Shown: positions 1 through 9,600, numbered from the stretch's first letter. The stretch is DNA of 64,000 bases from Synechococcus sp. (GCA_047285805.1 JBJBCN010000003.1:224001-288000); one strand, 5' to 3'. Program-made: numbers and translations. The notes: generated by a model from the letters alone, not told the origin.

Positions 1-2
1 CG

Positions 3-242
3 CTCTCCGTATCGACCTTACGTACCTCTGCTCAAAACTCGATCACGCCAGTGATCGCGATAACCCTGATCGGATTGTCCCTTATCCAGTCAGTCTCCAA
101 CCTCTTTCTTGTTCCACAGATCGCACAAATGACTCAACCTAGAGAATACTTGTGTTTTGAACAGGCCTTTGATCAAGCACTCAGCAGAACAAGCATCGCG
201 ACTTGTGACAACTTTGACGACTACCTCAAAAGGCACTCTTAG
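3..242 (+). CDS. Partial (5'-truncated) hypothetical protein, C-terminus with a hydrophobic segment
   Basis: Frame is open from position 3 to TAG at 240-242. Hydrophobic stretch IAITLIGLSLIQ; AT-richer than the core genes; no family recognised. Confidence 0.45.
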   Translation, partial: LSVSTLRTSAQNSITPVIAITLIGLSLIQSVSNLFLVPQIAQMTQPREYLCFEQAFDQALSRTSIATCDNFDDYLKRHS

Positions 243-289
243 TCAAAAGAGAGCCTGGCCAACTGGCAAGAGACTCTCAGTCGAGACAC

Positions 290-883
290 TCAAACGCGCG
301 CCAAAGTGACCCGCTCGGGCTGGTGCTGGTACTTACCAGCCCGGTCCTTGTAGGTCGTCTCGCAGGGGTCACCCTCAAAAAAGAGCAACTGGCAGATGCC
401 CTCATTGGCGTAGATGCGGCAGTCCGCACCAGAGGAGTTGCTGAACTCCAGGGTCAAATGGCCCTCCCAGCTGGCTTCGGCTGGGGTCGTATTCACGATG
501 ATCCCGAGACGTGCGTAGGTGCTCTTGCCCAAGCAAATCACCGTGATATTAGGGGGCACCCGCATGTTCTCCAGCGCCACACCCAATCCATAGGAATGAG
601 CCGGGAGGATGAAGTACGACCCGTCCTCGTCCTCATGCAGCGGAACCGGCTCCAGGTTCGCCGGGTTGAAGCGCTTGGGGTTCATGATCGTGCCGGGCAC
701 ATGCCGAAAGATCAAGAACTCCTGGGGCGAAAGGCGCAAGTCATAGCCATAGGAGGAGCAGCCGAAGCTCAAGACCGGCTTTTCGATGTTCACTGGATCG
801 AGATGACGAACCAGCTGCGGCTGAAAAGGCTCGAGCATGCCCTGGGCAGCCTGCTCGTTGATCCAACGGTCGTTCTTGAGCAT
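290..883 (-). CDS. dcd: dCTP deaminase
   Basis: Motifs SSYGYDLRL, GKSTYARLG, WEGHLTLE, GICQLLFF and YKDRAGKYQ; 197 aa. Confidence 0.96.
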   Translation of the reverse strand: MLKNDRWINEQAAQGMLEPFQPQLVRHLDPVNIEKPVLSFGCSSYGYDLRLSPQEFLIFRHVPGTIMNPKRFNPANLEPVPLHEDEDGSYFILPAHSYGLGVALENMRVPPNITVICLGKSTYARLGIIVNTTPAEASWEGHLTLEFSNSSGADCRIYANEGICQLLFFEGDPCETTYKDRAGKYQHQPERVTLARV

Positions 884-1473
884 TAGAAACCTCGGCGCAG
901 CTGGGTGACCTGATCAGCCATAGCCAACAAAGCCGTGGGCATGGACGGCCCAGTCAGGATCACATCCAGATTGGACGGCCGCTGCTCCAGAGCCGAGACC
1001 ACCTCCGCTTCCGCCAGATAACCCAACTCCACGGCCAAGCCCAGCTCATCGAGCACCAGCTGGTCCAGCTGCCCGCCCAAAAGCTGTTCGCAGGTGTAAT
1101 GCCAAACCTCCCGCACAGCCTCGGCATCCGCCGGGAATGCCGGCAATGGCCCGGCCAGGCAACCCGCAACTGCAGGCCGAAGCCACTGCAGACGGCCGCA
1201 GAGCCAAACGCTGCGATCTAGCCCTTGATCAACGCCGCCCTTCAGGAACTGGCTGACGAGCACGCGGCTACCCAGACCAGCACTGCGCAACGCCTGACTG
1301 AACACGCCGCTGAAGCTGCCGCGGAAGGGCGCCGTATGCACCTGAAGCTGACCCTCCTGCTGAGCCGCCAGACGCACACTACGGATGGGTGCCGACGCTG
1401 GAAACGAGGCAAGCGGACGCAGGCGCCCAGCACGGGGCGTCGCGCTGGGAGTGGCTGCAATGCTGGCCGTCAT
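883..1473 (-). CDS. Cob(I)alamin adenosyltransferase (CobA/CobO/BtuR)-like protein with a degenerate P-loop
   Basis: QFLKGG, LVLDELG, VILTG and ADQVTQL match the CobA/BtuR family. Start placed at ATG 1473 (alternative 1482) because the 1605 start overlaps the divergent rph. Stop overlaps the dcd start by 1 nt. Confidence 0.8.
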   Translation of the reverse strand: MTASIAATPSATPRAGRLRPLASFPASAPIRSVRLAAQQEGQLQVHTAPFRGSFSGVFSQALRSAGLGSRVLVSQFLKGGVDQGLDRSVWLCGRLQWLRPAVAGCLAGPLPAFPADAEAVREVWHYTCEQLLGGQLDQLVLDELGLAVELGYLAEAEVVSALEQRPSNLDVILTGPSMPTALLAMADQVTQLRRGF

Positions 1474-1537
1474 TGAGTGCATGGCTGCCGCTTGGGATCC
1501 TGAATGTAGCGGCGTTAGGCCATCCGGCAAGCAACAA

Positions 1538-1553
1538 GCACTACCTGTAGTGC
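1538..1553. promoter_or_regulatory. Putative NrdR box (palindrome GCACTACCTGTAGTGC) upstream of cobA-like/dcd
   Basis: 7-bp inverted repeat resembling the NrdR consensus acaCwAtATaTwGtgt; a weaker copy at 1497-1512 lies 41 bp away. Confidence 0.55.
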
Positions 1554-1590
1554 AAACACCCGTACCATCGAGGTCCTCAGTCAGCCCGCC

Positions 1591-2325
1591 ATGAGCAGCA
1601 TCCAACCTCGGAGGGATGGCCGCAGCCCATCGGATCTACGCAGCACACGCTTCGACTGGGATCCGATGGGCTTTGCCCTGAGCTCTCTCACCGTTCACAC
1701 GGGTCGCACCGCTGTGATCTGCAGCGTCTGCCTCGAGGAGGGTGTCCCGAAATGGCGCAAGGGCTCTGGCAAGGGCTGGCTAGGTGCCGACTACAGGCTG
1801 TTGCCCGCCAGCACACCCAGCCGCCAGCCGCGGGAGCTGATGAAGCTCAGCGGCCGCACCCAGGAAATTCAGCGCTTGATTGCCCGCAGCCTTCGTGCCT
1901 GCATCGATCTCGAGCTATTGGGGGAGAGGACACTGCAGATCGATTGCGATGTGCTGCAGGCCGATGCCGGGACCCGCACGGCTTCCATCACCGGAGCCTG
2001 GGCGGCCCTAGCCCTTGGACTGCGCCGGCTCGAACAACGCGGAGTTCTGGAGCACTCGCCCTTGATCGGCCAGGTGGCTGCGGTGTCTGTGGGCCTCGTC
2101 GATGGAGCTGCATTGCTGGATGTGGACTACAGCGAAGACAGCCGCGCCGAGGTGGATTTGAACGTTGTGATGAATCAAGAGCTACATTTGCTCGAAATTC
2201 AGGGCACCGCCGAGGGCGCACCCTTCAGTCGTAAACAGCTTTCTGCCCTGGTCGACCTCGCTGAAGCTGGAATCCAGCAACTTCAAGTGGCTCAGACGCA
2301 GGCCTTGGAAGAAGCCCCGAATTAG
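1591..2325 (+). CDS. rph: Ribonuclease PH
   Basis: SGRTQEIQRLIARSLR, IDCDVLQADAGTRTASITG, DYSEDS and EIQGTAEG motifs. Confidence 0.96.
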   Translation: MSSIQPRRDGRSPSDLRSTRFDWDPMGFALSSLTVHTGRTAVICSVCLEEGVPKWRKGSGKGWLGADYRLLPASTPSRQPRELMKLSGRTQEIQRLIARSLRACIDLELLGERTLQIDCDVLQADAGTRTASITGAWAALALGLRRLEQRGVLEHSPLIGQVAAVSVGLVDGAALLDVDYSEDSRAEVDLNVVMNQELHLLEIQGTAEGAPFSRKQLSALVDLAEAGIQQLQVAQTQALEEAPN

Positions 2326-2366
2326 TTTCAATGGCTACACGGCTGCCCTGGACTGATCCGTAGGTT
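2325..2366 (+). promoter_or_regulatory. NtcA-activated promoter of ntcA (GTT-N8-TAC, N22, TAGGTT -10 box)
   Basis: GTTtcaatggcTAC at 2325-2338, then exactly 22 nt, then a TAN3T hexamer at 2361-2366. One mismatch to GTA-N8-TAC-N22-TAN3T. Confidence 0.75.
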
Positions 2367-2390
2367 CCAGCACACTTCAGTCGAACTGAA

Positions 2391-3131
2391 ATGGTCGGGG
2401 CTACGCAAGGATTCAGCCGCTACTCCCCTAGCCCTTCTACCGGTACTTCTGTGATCGCACCGATCGCGGGAAGTCCGCTTCCACCCAATGCAACGCTCCT
2501 GGATGTCATCCGGGGGCTGAGCGGCAGCACGACTGAAATTGTCGAACGCGGCAAAACGATCTTTTTCCCAGGGGATCCAGCCGAAAAGGTCTACCTCCTG
2601 AAACGCGGAGCCGTTCGCCTCTCCCGGGTCTACGAATCGGGCGAGGAAATCACGGTGGCACTCCTTAGAGAGAACAGCCTATTCGGGGTGCTCTCCCTAC
2701 TGACCGGCCAGCGCTCAGATCGTTTCTATCACTCCATTGCTTTCACGCGTGTCGAGCTGGTGACGGCCCCCGCCACCTCGGTACGCAAGGCGATTGAGCA
2801 AGACCCCGCGGTGGGACTACTGCTCCTGCAAGGTCTGTCCTCTCGGATCCTGCAAACCGAGACAATGATCGAAACCCTCACCCACCGCGACATGTCCTCG
2901 CGCCTGGTGAGTTTCCTGTTGGTGCTCTGCCGCGATTTTGGGGTTCCGAGCAGCGACGGCATCACGATCGACCTGCGTCTTTCCCACCAAGCCATCGCGG
3001 AAGCCATCGGCTCGACCCGGGTCACCATCACACGGCTTCTGGGCGACCTACGCAACGACGGCCTGGTGCAGATCGACCGCAAAAAGATCACCGTGTTCGA
3101 CCCGCTCGCCCTGGCCAAGCGCTTCAGCTAA
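2391..3131 (+). CDS. ntcA: Global nitrogen regulator NtcA (CRP family)
   Basis: [31 protein letters not shown] and [28 protein letters not shown]. Confidence 0.97.
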   Translation: MVGATQGFSRYSPSPSTGTSVIAPIAGSPLPPNATLLDVIRGLSGSTTEIVERGKTIFFPGDPAEKVYLLKRGAVRLSRVYESGEEITVALLRENSLFGVLSLLTGQRSDRFYHSIAFTRVELVTAPATSVRKAIEQDPAVGLLLLQGLSSRILQTETMIETLTHRDMSSRLVSFLLVLCRDFGVPSSDGITIDLRLSHQAIAEAIGSTRVTITRLLGDLRNDGLVQIDRKKITVFDPLALAKRFS

Positions 3132-3206
3132 ACGGCTGACCGGGTGGCTTATCCCCGCTGATTTCACACCGCCTGCAACCGATACTGACCTTCGTCGCCC
3201 AACGTC

Positions 3207-4385
3207 GTGTCCGGCTGGCTCCTGATCCTGGCGCTGCTGATCCTCGGGGGAGTGCTCTCCACCCTGGGGGATCGATTGGGATCCAAGGTCGGCAAGGCGC
3301 GGCTTAGCTTGTTTCGTCTGCGGCCCAAGAAAACGGCTGTGGTCATAACGGTCTTAACCGGCAGCTTGATCAGTGCGATTTCACTGGGCTTGATGCTTCT
3401 GGTTAGTGATCGCCTGCGCACTGGGCTGTTCGAACTCGATCAGATCGAACAACGTCTGCGGGACAGCCGCGATGCCCTGGCAAGCAGCCGCAGCGATCTG
3501 GCCGAAAGCCACAGCGCCCTGCGCAGTGCCGAACAGGAGCGCAGCGCAGCCCAGAGCCAACTGAAGGTGGTCGCTCAGCAGGCCAGCCGGCTCCAAAAAG
3601 AACTGGCCCCGCTGATGGAGCAGCGCCGGCAACTAGAAGCCGAACGCGATCGCCTTAGCCGCGACATCGCGGCTAAGGATTCAGACCTGCAGCGAAACCG
3701 CGCCGAGCTCGCCAAGCTCAACATCCAGATCAAGAGGAGCAGCCAAGAACTGGAGCGCCTAGAGCGCAACCTCATTGCTCTCCGGCAAGGCGATGTCGTG
3801 ATTAGCAGCGGGCAACCCCTCGAGGTCGCCAAGGTGCGGATCGAGAACGCCGGTCAGGCCAGGGAGGTGATCCATGCCCTGCTGCAACGCACCAATTTGA
3901 ACGTCTACCAACGGGTGCTACCCGGGGAGACCCCCAACCGTCAGATCCTGCTGGTGCCGCGTAGCGACATCAGCAAGCTGGAGACAACCCTGAGCAAGCG
4001 CGGCGAGTGGGTGGTCAGTTTGATTTCTGCGGCCAACGTGCTTAAGGGTGAGCGTCAGGTGGTGGCCTTCCCAGATGTCAGGCCGAACAAGCGGGTCGTT
4101 CGCAGCGGTGAGCAACTTGCCGCCACCGTTCTAGAGGCCGATGAACGCTCCCAAGACCAGGTGCGCAGCCGTCTCAACCTGCTCCTAGCCGCAGCCTTCA
4201 CCCGCGCCCAACGCCAAGGAGCCCTGGCCAATGGCTTGCAATTTGATCCGACGCGGGTCAGCCAACTGGCCGAGGCTCTTGTGAACCGTCCGCTGGGCGA
4301 GACCGCGAAACTCGAGGCCGTCTCCAGAGCGAATAGCGATCTGGCGGATCCGATTGCCGTGGACATCCGCTGGCAGCGCCCATGA
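3207..4385 (+). CDS. DUF3084-type membrane-anchored coiled-coil protein
   Basis: N-terminal TM with GDRLGSKVGKARLSLFRLRPK, a long coiled coil, and the usual position downstream of ntcA. Confidence 0.8.
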   Translation: MSGWLLILALLILGGVLSTLGDRLGSKVGKARLSLFRLRPKKTAVVITVLTGSLISAISLGLMLLVSDRLRTGLFELDQIEQRLRDSRDALASSRSDLAESHSALRSAEQERSAAQSQLKVVAQQASRLQKELAPLMEQRRQLEAERDRLSRDIAAKDSDLQRNRAELAKLNIQIKRSSQELERLERNLIALRQGDVVISSGQPLEVAKVRIENAGQAREVIHALLQRTNLNVYQRVLPGETPNRQILLVPRSDISKLETTLSKRGEWVVSLISAANVLKGERQVVAFPDVRPNKRVVRSGEQLAATVLEADERSQDQVRSRLNLLLAAAFTRAQRQGALANGLQFDPTRVSQLAEALVNRPLGETAKLEAVSRANSDLADPIAVDIRWQRP

Positions 4386-4831
4386 GCTCCTGGCTCGGTC
4401 TGGATCCAGGCCTCAGCAAATGTGGCTTGATCTTGTCTGATGCCGTTTCAGACACGGTCCTTGCCGCTGGCGTGCTCTCTCCCGACGCTTGCCTTGCTCA
4501 AATTCAAAGCTGGCAGAACGACATGGGCCTGGAGGCGGTGGTGCTCGGCAATGGCACAGGCAGTAAACACTGGCAACAGCAACTCAGCGCCCTGGATATC
4601 AGGGTCGAGGTGATCCCTGAAGCCGGTACTACCCTGGCCGCCCGCGCGCGCTACTGGCAGCTGGAGCCTCCTAGGGGATGGCGGCGATTACTGCCGGAGG
4701 GCGTACGCCTACCGCCCCGGGACTACGACGATGTGGTCGCGCAACTGCTGCTCGAGCGCCACTGGGGGAGAGAACTCAAGCGCCCCCCTGACTTGACCGT
4801 GCTTGGGATTAAAACTTGGCCCGGACGTTAA
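4382..4831 (+). CDS. YqgF/RuvX-like RNase H-fold protein
   Basis: LGLDPGLSKCG, VLGNGTGS, EAGTTLAARARYW and DDVVA motifs; ATGA overlap with the upstream gene. Confidence 0.75.
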   Translation: MSSWLGLDPGLSKCGLILSDAVSDTVLAAGVLSPDACLAQIQSWQNDMGLEAVVLGNGTGSKHWQQQLSALDIRVEVIPEAGTTLAARARYWQLEPPRGWRRLLPEGVRLPPRDYDDVVAQLLLERHWGRELKRPPDLTVLGIKTWPGR

Positions 4832-5066
4832 AGGCGTAGTCCCCCCCCGCCTCCAGCTGGTAATCGGTTTTCAGCAGAAAACGCAGGAGGGCGTCCTGGA
4901 TCAAAGCCCGGCCAAGAGAGGGTTCTACCTGCAACTCACCGCGGTCAAAGAACCACTCGAAAGTCCACTCAAATCCGCCAGCGGTGACCTCACCCTCGAG
5001 CACCCGCTGGCTAAAGCTCTGGCGGAGCACCCGCAATTGCGCCGTTGTGGTGGGGAGGCGACTCAC
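4809..5066 (-). CDS. DUF3146-type conserved cyanobacterial protein
   Basis: PSLGRALIQDALLRFLLKTDYQLEAGGDY; downstream of pth. Confidence 0.75.
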   Translation of the reverse strand: MSRLPTTTAQLRVLRQSFSQRVLEGEVTAGGFEWTFEWFFDRGELQVEPSLGRALIQDALLRFLLKTDYQLEAGGDYAFNVRAKF

Positions 5067-5072
5067 GCGGAC

Positions 5073-5705
5073 TTAGGCGGTTGGTTGCTCGACCAGCTTG
5101 GCGGCAGAGGGAGCCACGAAACCGTTGAGCCTGTTACCGGCCCGCTCAAATCCCAGGCGCTGAATCAGATCCAGGCCCGACAAGACCTCATCGATCACTT
5201 CCTTGAGAACCGGTTGCTCGGCTGCGGCGAAGCGGCCCAGCACGTGACCAACGGTGCGCTGCTTGCGCTCTACAGGATTCAAGGCCGGGGCACCAATGCC
5301 GATGCGCAGACGGGGAAACTCTTGTCCGCCGAGGTGGGAAATGGTGCTGCGCAAGCCGTTGTGGCCACCCGCACCGCCCGAGAGCCTCAAGCGCAAGCGA
5401 CCAAGGGGAAGATCCATGTCGTCCACCAGGATCAGCATTTGGTCTGGCTCAAAGCCAAACCAATCGAGGGCAGCCCGAACCGAGCGACCACTGTCATTCA
5501 TGTAGGTCTGGGGCATCAGCAGACGCAAGCGTTCGGCCCCATAGCCAACCTCAGCAAGGAGAGCATGCAGCTTGGGCTGCCGCTTAAAGCTTCTGGCTTG
5601 ACGCTTCGCTAATTGCTCAAGCGCCGCAAAGCCAACATTGTGGCGGGTGCCGGCGTACTTCTCGCCGGGGTTCCCCAAACCAACAACAAGACTCAGAGGA
5701 GCCAT
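5073..5705 (-). CDS. pth: Peptidyl-tRNA hydrolase
   Basis: VVGLGNPG, TRHNVGF, PQTYMNDSG, GGHNGLRS and RLRIGIG. Confidence 0.97.
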   Translation of the reverse strand: MAPLSLVVGLGNPGEKYAGTRHNVGFAALEQLAKRQARSFKRQPKLHALLAEVGYGAERLRLLMPQTYMNDSGRSVRAALDWFGFEPDQMLILVDDMDLPLGRLRLRLSGGAGGHNGLRSTISHLGGQEFPRLRIGIGAPALNPVERKQRTVGHVLGRFAAAEQPVLKEVIDEVLSGLDLIQRLGFERAGNRLNGFVAPSAAKLVEQPTA

Positions 5706-5712
5706 GGCGATC

Positions 5713-5955
5713 TCAACCGGCCGTTTGCTCGTCTTCGGGCTTGAGTTGAGGCTGAGAGTCGGACTTGACCTCCGCTTCGACTGTGTCGACGGCTTTGCGG
5801 AATTCGCTCTCGAATTCCTTGGAAGCGGACTGGAAGCCCTTGAGGGTTTTGCCCAGGGTGCGACCCAGCTCTGGCAAACGCTTGGGACCGAACACCAGGA
5901 GACCTATGGCGGCAATGACCGCCATCTCTGGCAGTCCGATCCCAAACACGTTCAT
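5713..5955 (-). CDS. tatA: Twin-arginine translocase TatA/E subunit
   Basis: MNVFGIGLPE...LLVFGPKRLPELGRTLGKTLKGF. Confidence 0.93.
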   Translation of the reverse strand: MNVFGIGLPEMAVIAAIGLLVFGPKRLPELGRTLGKTLKGFQSASKEFESEFRKAVDTVEAEVKSDSQPQLKPEDEQTAG

Positions 5956-5959
5956 CGAA

Positions 5960-6160
5960 TCAGCCGATGCCGTTCCAGTTCACGGTGATGCCGTCGAGGA
6001 TCAACGACTTGTTGTACAGCTGGAGGATCACCAGCAGGAACACCAGGAAGAGAGCCATGAACACGCCCATCACGGGGGTCGTACCCCAACCGGGCACAAC
6101 CTTGCCGTACTCGGAGTTCAGGGGACGCAGCAGATCTCCCAGGCGGGTGCGTTGAGCCAT
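5960..6160 (-). CDS. psbH: Photosystem II protein H
   Basis: [32 protein letters not shown], 66 aa from ATG 6160 (the track start at 6280 is too long). Confidence 0.97.
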   Translation of the reverse strand: MAQRTRLGDLLRPLNSEYGKVVPGWGTTPVMGVFMALFLVFLLVILQLYNKSLILDGITVNWNGIG

Positions 6161-6246
6161 GTCGGGCTGTGCTCTCTGGCAAGGAGTAAGTCTCGTTACT
6201 GTAAGGGGCCTGGCTGCCTGAGCGGCTGGCCCCGTCGAGAGTTGTG
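6161..6246. ncRNA. Structured psbH-psbN intergenic element (psbNH RNA motif candidate)
   Basis: Hairpins AGTAA/TTACT (6185-6200) and GGGGCC/GGCCCC (6205-6233), possibly closed by CTCTC.GGC/GTCGAGAG. Position matches the known psbNH motif. Confidence 0.5.
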
Positions 6247-6387
6247 ATGGAAACCACCTCCCCAGCCATGTCGGTGGCACTGGCCGTCCTGGCCGTGCTG
6301 CTCGGTCTGACCGGCTTCGGGATCTACACGGCCTTTGGTCCTCCCTCGAAGCAGCTCAGCGACCCCTTCGACGACCACGAAGACTAA
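6247..6387 (+). CDS. psbN: PsbN (photosystem II assembly factor)
   Basis: Read manually: [46 protein letters not shown], divergent from psbH; below the ORF-track cutoff. Confidence 0.96.
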   Translation: METTSPAMSVALAVLAVLLGLTGFGIYTAFGPPSKQLSDPFDDHED

Positions 6388-9380
6388 GTCCGCTCCAACT
6401 CAAGGGCCAGCAGCTGCCAAGGCTTCAGGGCGACTGTGCCCCTCCGCCATCCCTGGGCGTCGTCCTGGCGCCAACGCCAGCTGGAATCCAGCCTCCAGGA
6501 CTGCCGCTGGGGGCTGAGGTTCTGCAAGCGCAGCGCGAGCTGGCCTAGGCATGTTCCCGGCCTGCAACTGAGCACCCGGATTTGAGTGTTAGCCCAATCG
6601 ATGCCCTCCATCAGGGCAATGGGACCGTCACCTTCGGACGAGCCCGCTGAGTTCTCGGCGTGATGTTGCGCCGGCCTAATCCAGAGCGGCTCGCGAAAAC
6701 GCTGCGCCAATCGAGGTACCCCCGCAAGATTCCAGCCGTCCTGACAGGGAGCCAACGCCAGCCGAAGACGTTGGATGCCGTTGTCGGCGGAGGGGTCCGG
6801 CCAGGAGGGAGACCGCAAAAGGGAGACCCCGAGGCGATCCGGGCTGGCAGACACCCCCTGGGGACCATCCAGCAGAACAGCCAGACCACTCCCGCCGGCT
6901 TTGGACTGGGTTGCTGCCCAGCTGATCGCAGTCACCTCCCAGCGCGCCTCTTCCCTCGGCGTCACGGGCTGAGCGGGGCGCTCCAGGACCCCAGCAGAGG
7001 TATCCGCGGCATAGCGCAGCGCGGATTGCTCCAAAGGCAGCTCTAGCCGCAGCAGCTCATGGCGCTGGCGCCAGTCGACAGTCAAGGTCAACTCGAGGCA
7101 AGGGGAGGCGGCCCGCAGCTGAATGTCGAAGCGCAGCGGGCTTTGGCCGCAGCGGCCGCGGACCACGAAGCGGCAACAGAGCGGTCCCTGCTCCACCAGC
7201 TCCGGAGCCCCCTCCCAGGTCAGGGGCAAGGGATGCTCTCGGTAGTCGGCGGCGATATCCCAGGCATCCCAAAACTCCCCCTGATCGCGCCAACGCCGCA
7301 ATTGCATCGGCCCGGAGAGCTGCGGCTGACCATCAGCCCCCCAGAGCTGCTGCACACCCTCAGCCCCGATCTCAACCTCAACCAAGCCGTTGGCCAAGCG
7401 CGCGTTCGACGCGTTGGTCTCCAGAACAACCGGGTTCGTGATGGCAGCAGCGGAACCAGAGAGAACGGCATCCCGCTCGAGGGGGAGCGCCTGGATACCG
7501 GCGGGCAGAGGAAGCTGCACCCAAGTTCCGCCGCTTGATCGGGCCTGGCTCGGGAGCGGGGCTTTGGCTCCTTGGACGTACCAAGACCCAGCGGGCAGGC
7601 GAACGACTAGCGGTTCAGCAGGATGGGGCTGCAACTGCACGAGCCACCAGGGCTGATCGCTGCTGCGGGCCGGGAGCAACTCCTGCAAACAGCAATCCCG
7701 TTGCAGCGCGGCCTGGCGGCGGGCCTGACGCCACTGGGGCTCGGCTTGGTCGAATACCTCGGGGATCGAGGTTCCCGGAAGGATGTCGTGAAACTGCTGA
7801 AAGAGCAGAGGCCGCCAATCCGCCCCAACCCGCTCCACTCCGGAGAGCTGCTGCAGGGCTGCGGCGCAGTCGAGCTCCCGGAGCAAACGCTCCAGGGTCC
7901 GGTTGTGGCGCTTCTGATCCGGGCGGGTCGTCGCACAACCCCGGTGCAGCTCGAGATAGAGCTCATCCCGCCAGACCGGCAGCCTGCTCGCCAGGGGCTC
8001 GAGTCCCTCGAGGTAGCTGCGCAGCGTGCCGTGCTGCTGCGGGCAGGCCACGGGCTGATGTTGCCAAAGGGCCAACTGCTCGAGCATCTCGGCGGTCGGG
8101 CCACCACCGTGGTCGCCCACCCCCGGAAGCCAGAGGGCCTCTTCCACACCCGTCGCGGCCCGCCATTGCTGCCGATAGGTCTCCATGGCTTGGGGATCGC
8201 TGCCGGTGCCGATGGGTGCGGTCGCCAGGGACAACAGCTCGGCGCCATCGGCACTGCGCCAGCGGAACAGACGATGGGGAAAGGCATTGCTGCTGTTCCA
8301 GGCCAACTTGTGGGTGCAGAACCAGCGGACCCCGCTGAATTGCGCCACGGCAGGCAAACCGGCGGCAAAGCCAAAACTGTCGGGCAACCAGCAGAGCTCG
8401 TGGGTCCATTGGGGGAAGCGGCTGCGGCTGTAGGCCTGGCCCTCCTCGAACTGCCGCAACAGCGACGGGACCCCGACCAAGACGCAGTCGGTTTCCACCC
8501 AAGGGCCATTGATCGGCTCAAAGCGGCCCTGCTCCATGGCTGCAAGAAGGCGGGCAAACAGAGCCGGATGGTGCTGCTCAATCCAGGCGTATAACGCCGG
8601 GGTGGAGTGGGCGAAGTGCAGCATTGGGTCCCGCTCCATCAGAGCCAGCGCCGACCCGAAGGTGCGCAGTGCCGCCTGCCAGGTGTCCGCCACCGGCCAG
8701 AGCCAGGCCAAATCCAAATGGGCATGACCCAACACATGGAACCCACCCGAGGGCCTGACCGCAGCGCATTGCTCCAGGACGCTGGAGACAGCCCCCTGTT
8801 CCAACTGAGGCAAGAGGGCTGCAGAGGTCTCCGGTGCTAGACGGGACATCGCAAGGGCCAAGGCATCGGCCGCGAGCACGCCGGTGGGGTCCTCGAGCGC
8901 CGTGGGCTCCTGATCGACCCGGCTGTGGATCAAGGCGCCGTCGTCGTGCACCGGGGAGCGCAGCCTGAGCTGCAGCTGCAAGGGCTCCCCGTCCCACCAA
9001 GAGGCCGGTAAGGGCCAGCGGCAGGCGCTATCGAATAAATCCCCCTGGTGAACCAGTACACCGCCCGCCCAAAGCTCGGCGACATCCGCCCACCAACAGA
9101 GGGCCAAGCGGGCACGCCGGTCCCCCAGCTGAGCCGCCTGCCAGGGCTTCGGACAAACAAGCTCCAGGCGCAGATTCAGCCAACGGCCGCCGCGTGGCCA
9201 ACTCAACAATCCGCGTTGATGCCAGTCGGGACGGTGGCACGCACCCCAGGGGTCATCAATGGCTAAAACGCTGTTGCCAGAGGGACTTTGCACGCGCCAG
9301 AGGGGCAGCACATCCCAACGGGTTTGTACCTGAAACGTTTCAATCCAGGAGCGAACCGCACTCTCTGGCCCCTCAGACAT
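6384..9380 (-). CDS. Alpha-mannosidase, glycoside hydrolase family 38
   Basis: GHAHLDLAWLW, WLPDSFG, GDHGGG, ELYLELHRG and QFHDILPG motifs. Confidence 0.92.
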   Translation of the reverse strand: MSEGPESAVRSWIETFQVQTRWDVLPLWRVQSPSGNSVLAIDDPWGACHRPDWHQRGLLSWPRGGRWLNLRLELVCPKPWQAAQLGDRRARLALCWWADVAELWAGGVLVHQGDLFDSACRWPLPASWWDGEPLQLQLRLRSPVHDDGALIHSRVDQEPTALEDPTGVLAADALALAMSRLAPETSAALLPQLEQGAVSSVLEQCAAVRPSGGFHVLGHAHLDLAWLWPVADTWQAALRTFGSALALMERDPMLHFAHSTPALYAWIEQHHPALFARLLAAMEQGRFEPINGPWVETDCVLVGVPSLLRQFEEGQAYSRSRFPQWTHELCWLPDSFGFAAGLPAVAQFSGVRWFCTHKLAWNSSNAFPHRLFRWRSADGAELLSLATAPIGTGSDPQAMETYRQQWRAATGVEEALWLPGVGDHGGGPTAEMLEQLALWQHQPVACPQQHGTLRSYLEGLEPLASRLPVWRDELYLELHRGCATTRPDQKRHNRTLERLLRELDCAAALQQLSGVERVGADWRPLLFQQFHDILPGTSIPEVFDQAEPQWRQARRQAALQRDCCLQELLPARSSDQPWWLVQLQPHPAEPLVVRLPAGSWYVQGAKAPLPSQARSSGGTWVQLPLPAGIQALPLERDAVLSGSAAAITNPVVLETNASNARLANGLVEVEIGAEGVQQLWGADGQPQLSGPMQLRRWRDQGEFWDAWDIAADYREHPLPLTWEGAPELVEQGPLCCRFVVRGRCGQSPLRFDIQLRAASPCLELTLTVDWRQRHELLRLELPLEQSALRYAADTSAGVLERPAQPVTPREEARWEVTAISWAATQSKAGGSGLAVLLDGPQGVSASPDRLGVSLLRSPSWPDPSADNGIQRLRLALAPCQDGWNLAGVPRLAQRFREPLWIRPAQHHAENSAGSSEGDGPIALMEGIDWANTQIRVLSCRPGTCLGQLALRLQNLSPQRQSWRLDSSWRWRQDDAQGWRRGTVALKPWQLLALELERT

Positions 9381-9480
9381 CGGTCAACGCGTTCACGACC
9401 CATAGGATGATGCGGCTGCCGCAGGCTCGTTACGGGCCCATTTGGCGCTTGTCACTCCCTGTCACCCGCCGGACAGACCC

Positions 9481-9600
9481 ATGCTTGCCCTCAAGATCTC
9501 GGTTTACTCGGTCGTTTTCTTCTTTATCGGGATCTTCGTTTTCGGCTTCCTGGCCAGCGATCCCAGCCGCACCCCGAGCCGCAAAGACCTGGAGGAGTGA
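9481..9600 (+). CDS. psbI: Photosystem II protein I
   Basis: Read manually: [39 protein letters not shown]. Confidence 0.97.
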   Translation: MLALKISVYSVVFFFIGIFVFGFLASDPSRTPSRKDLEE

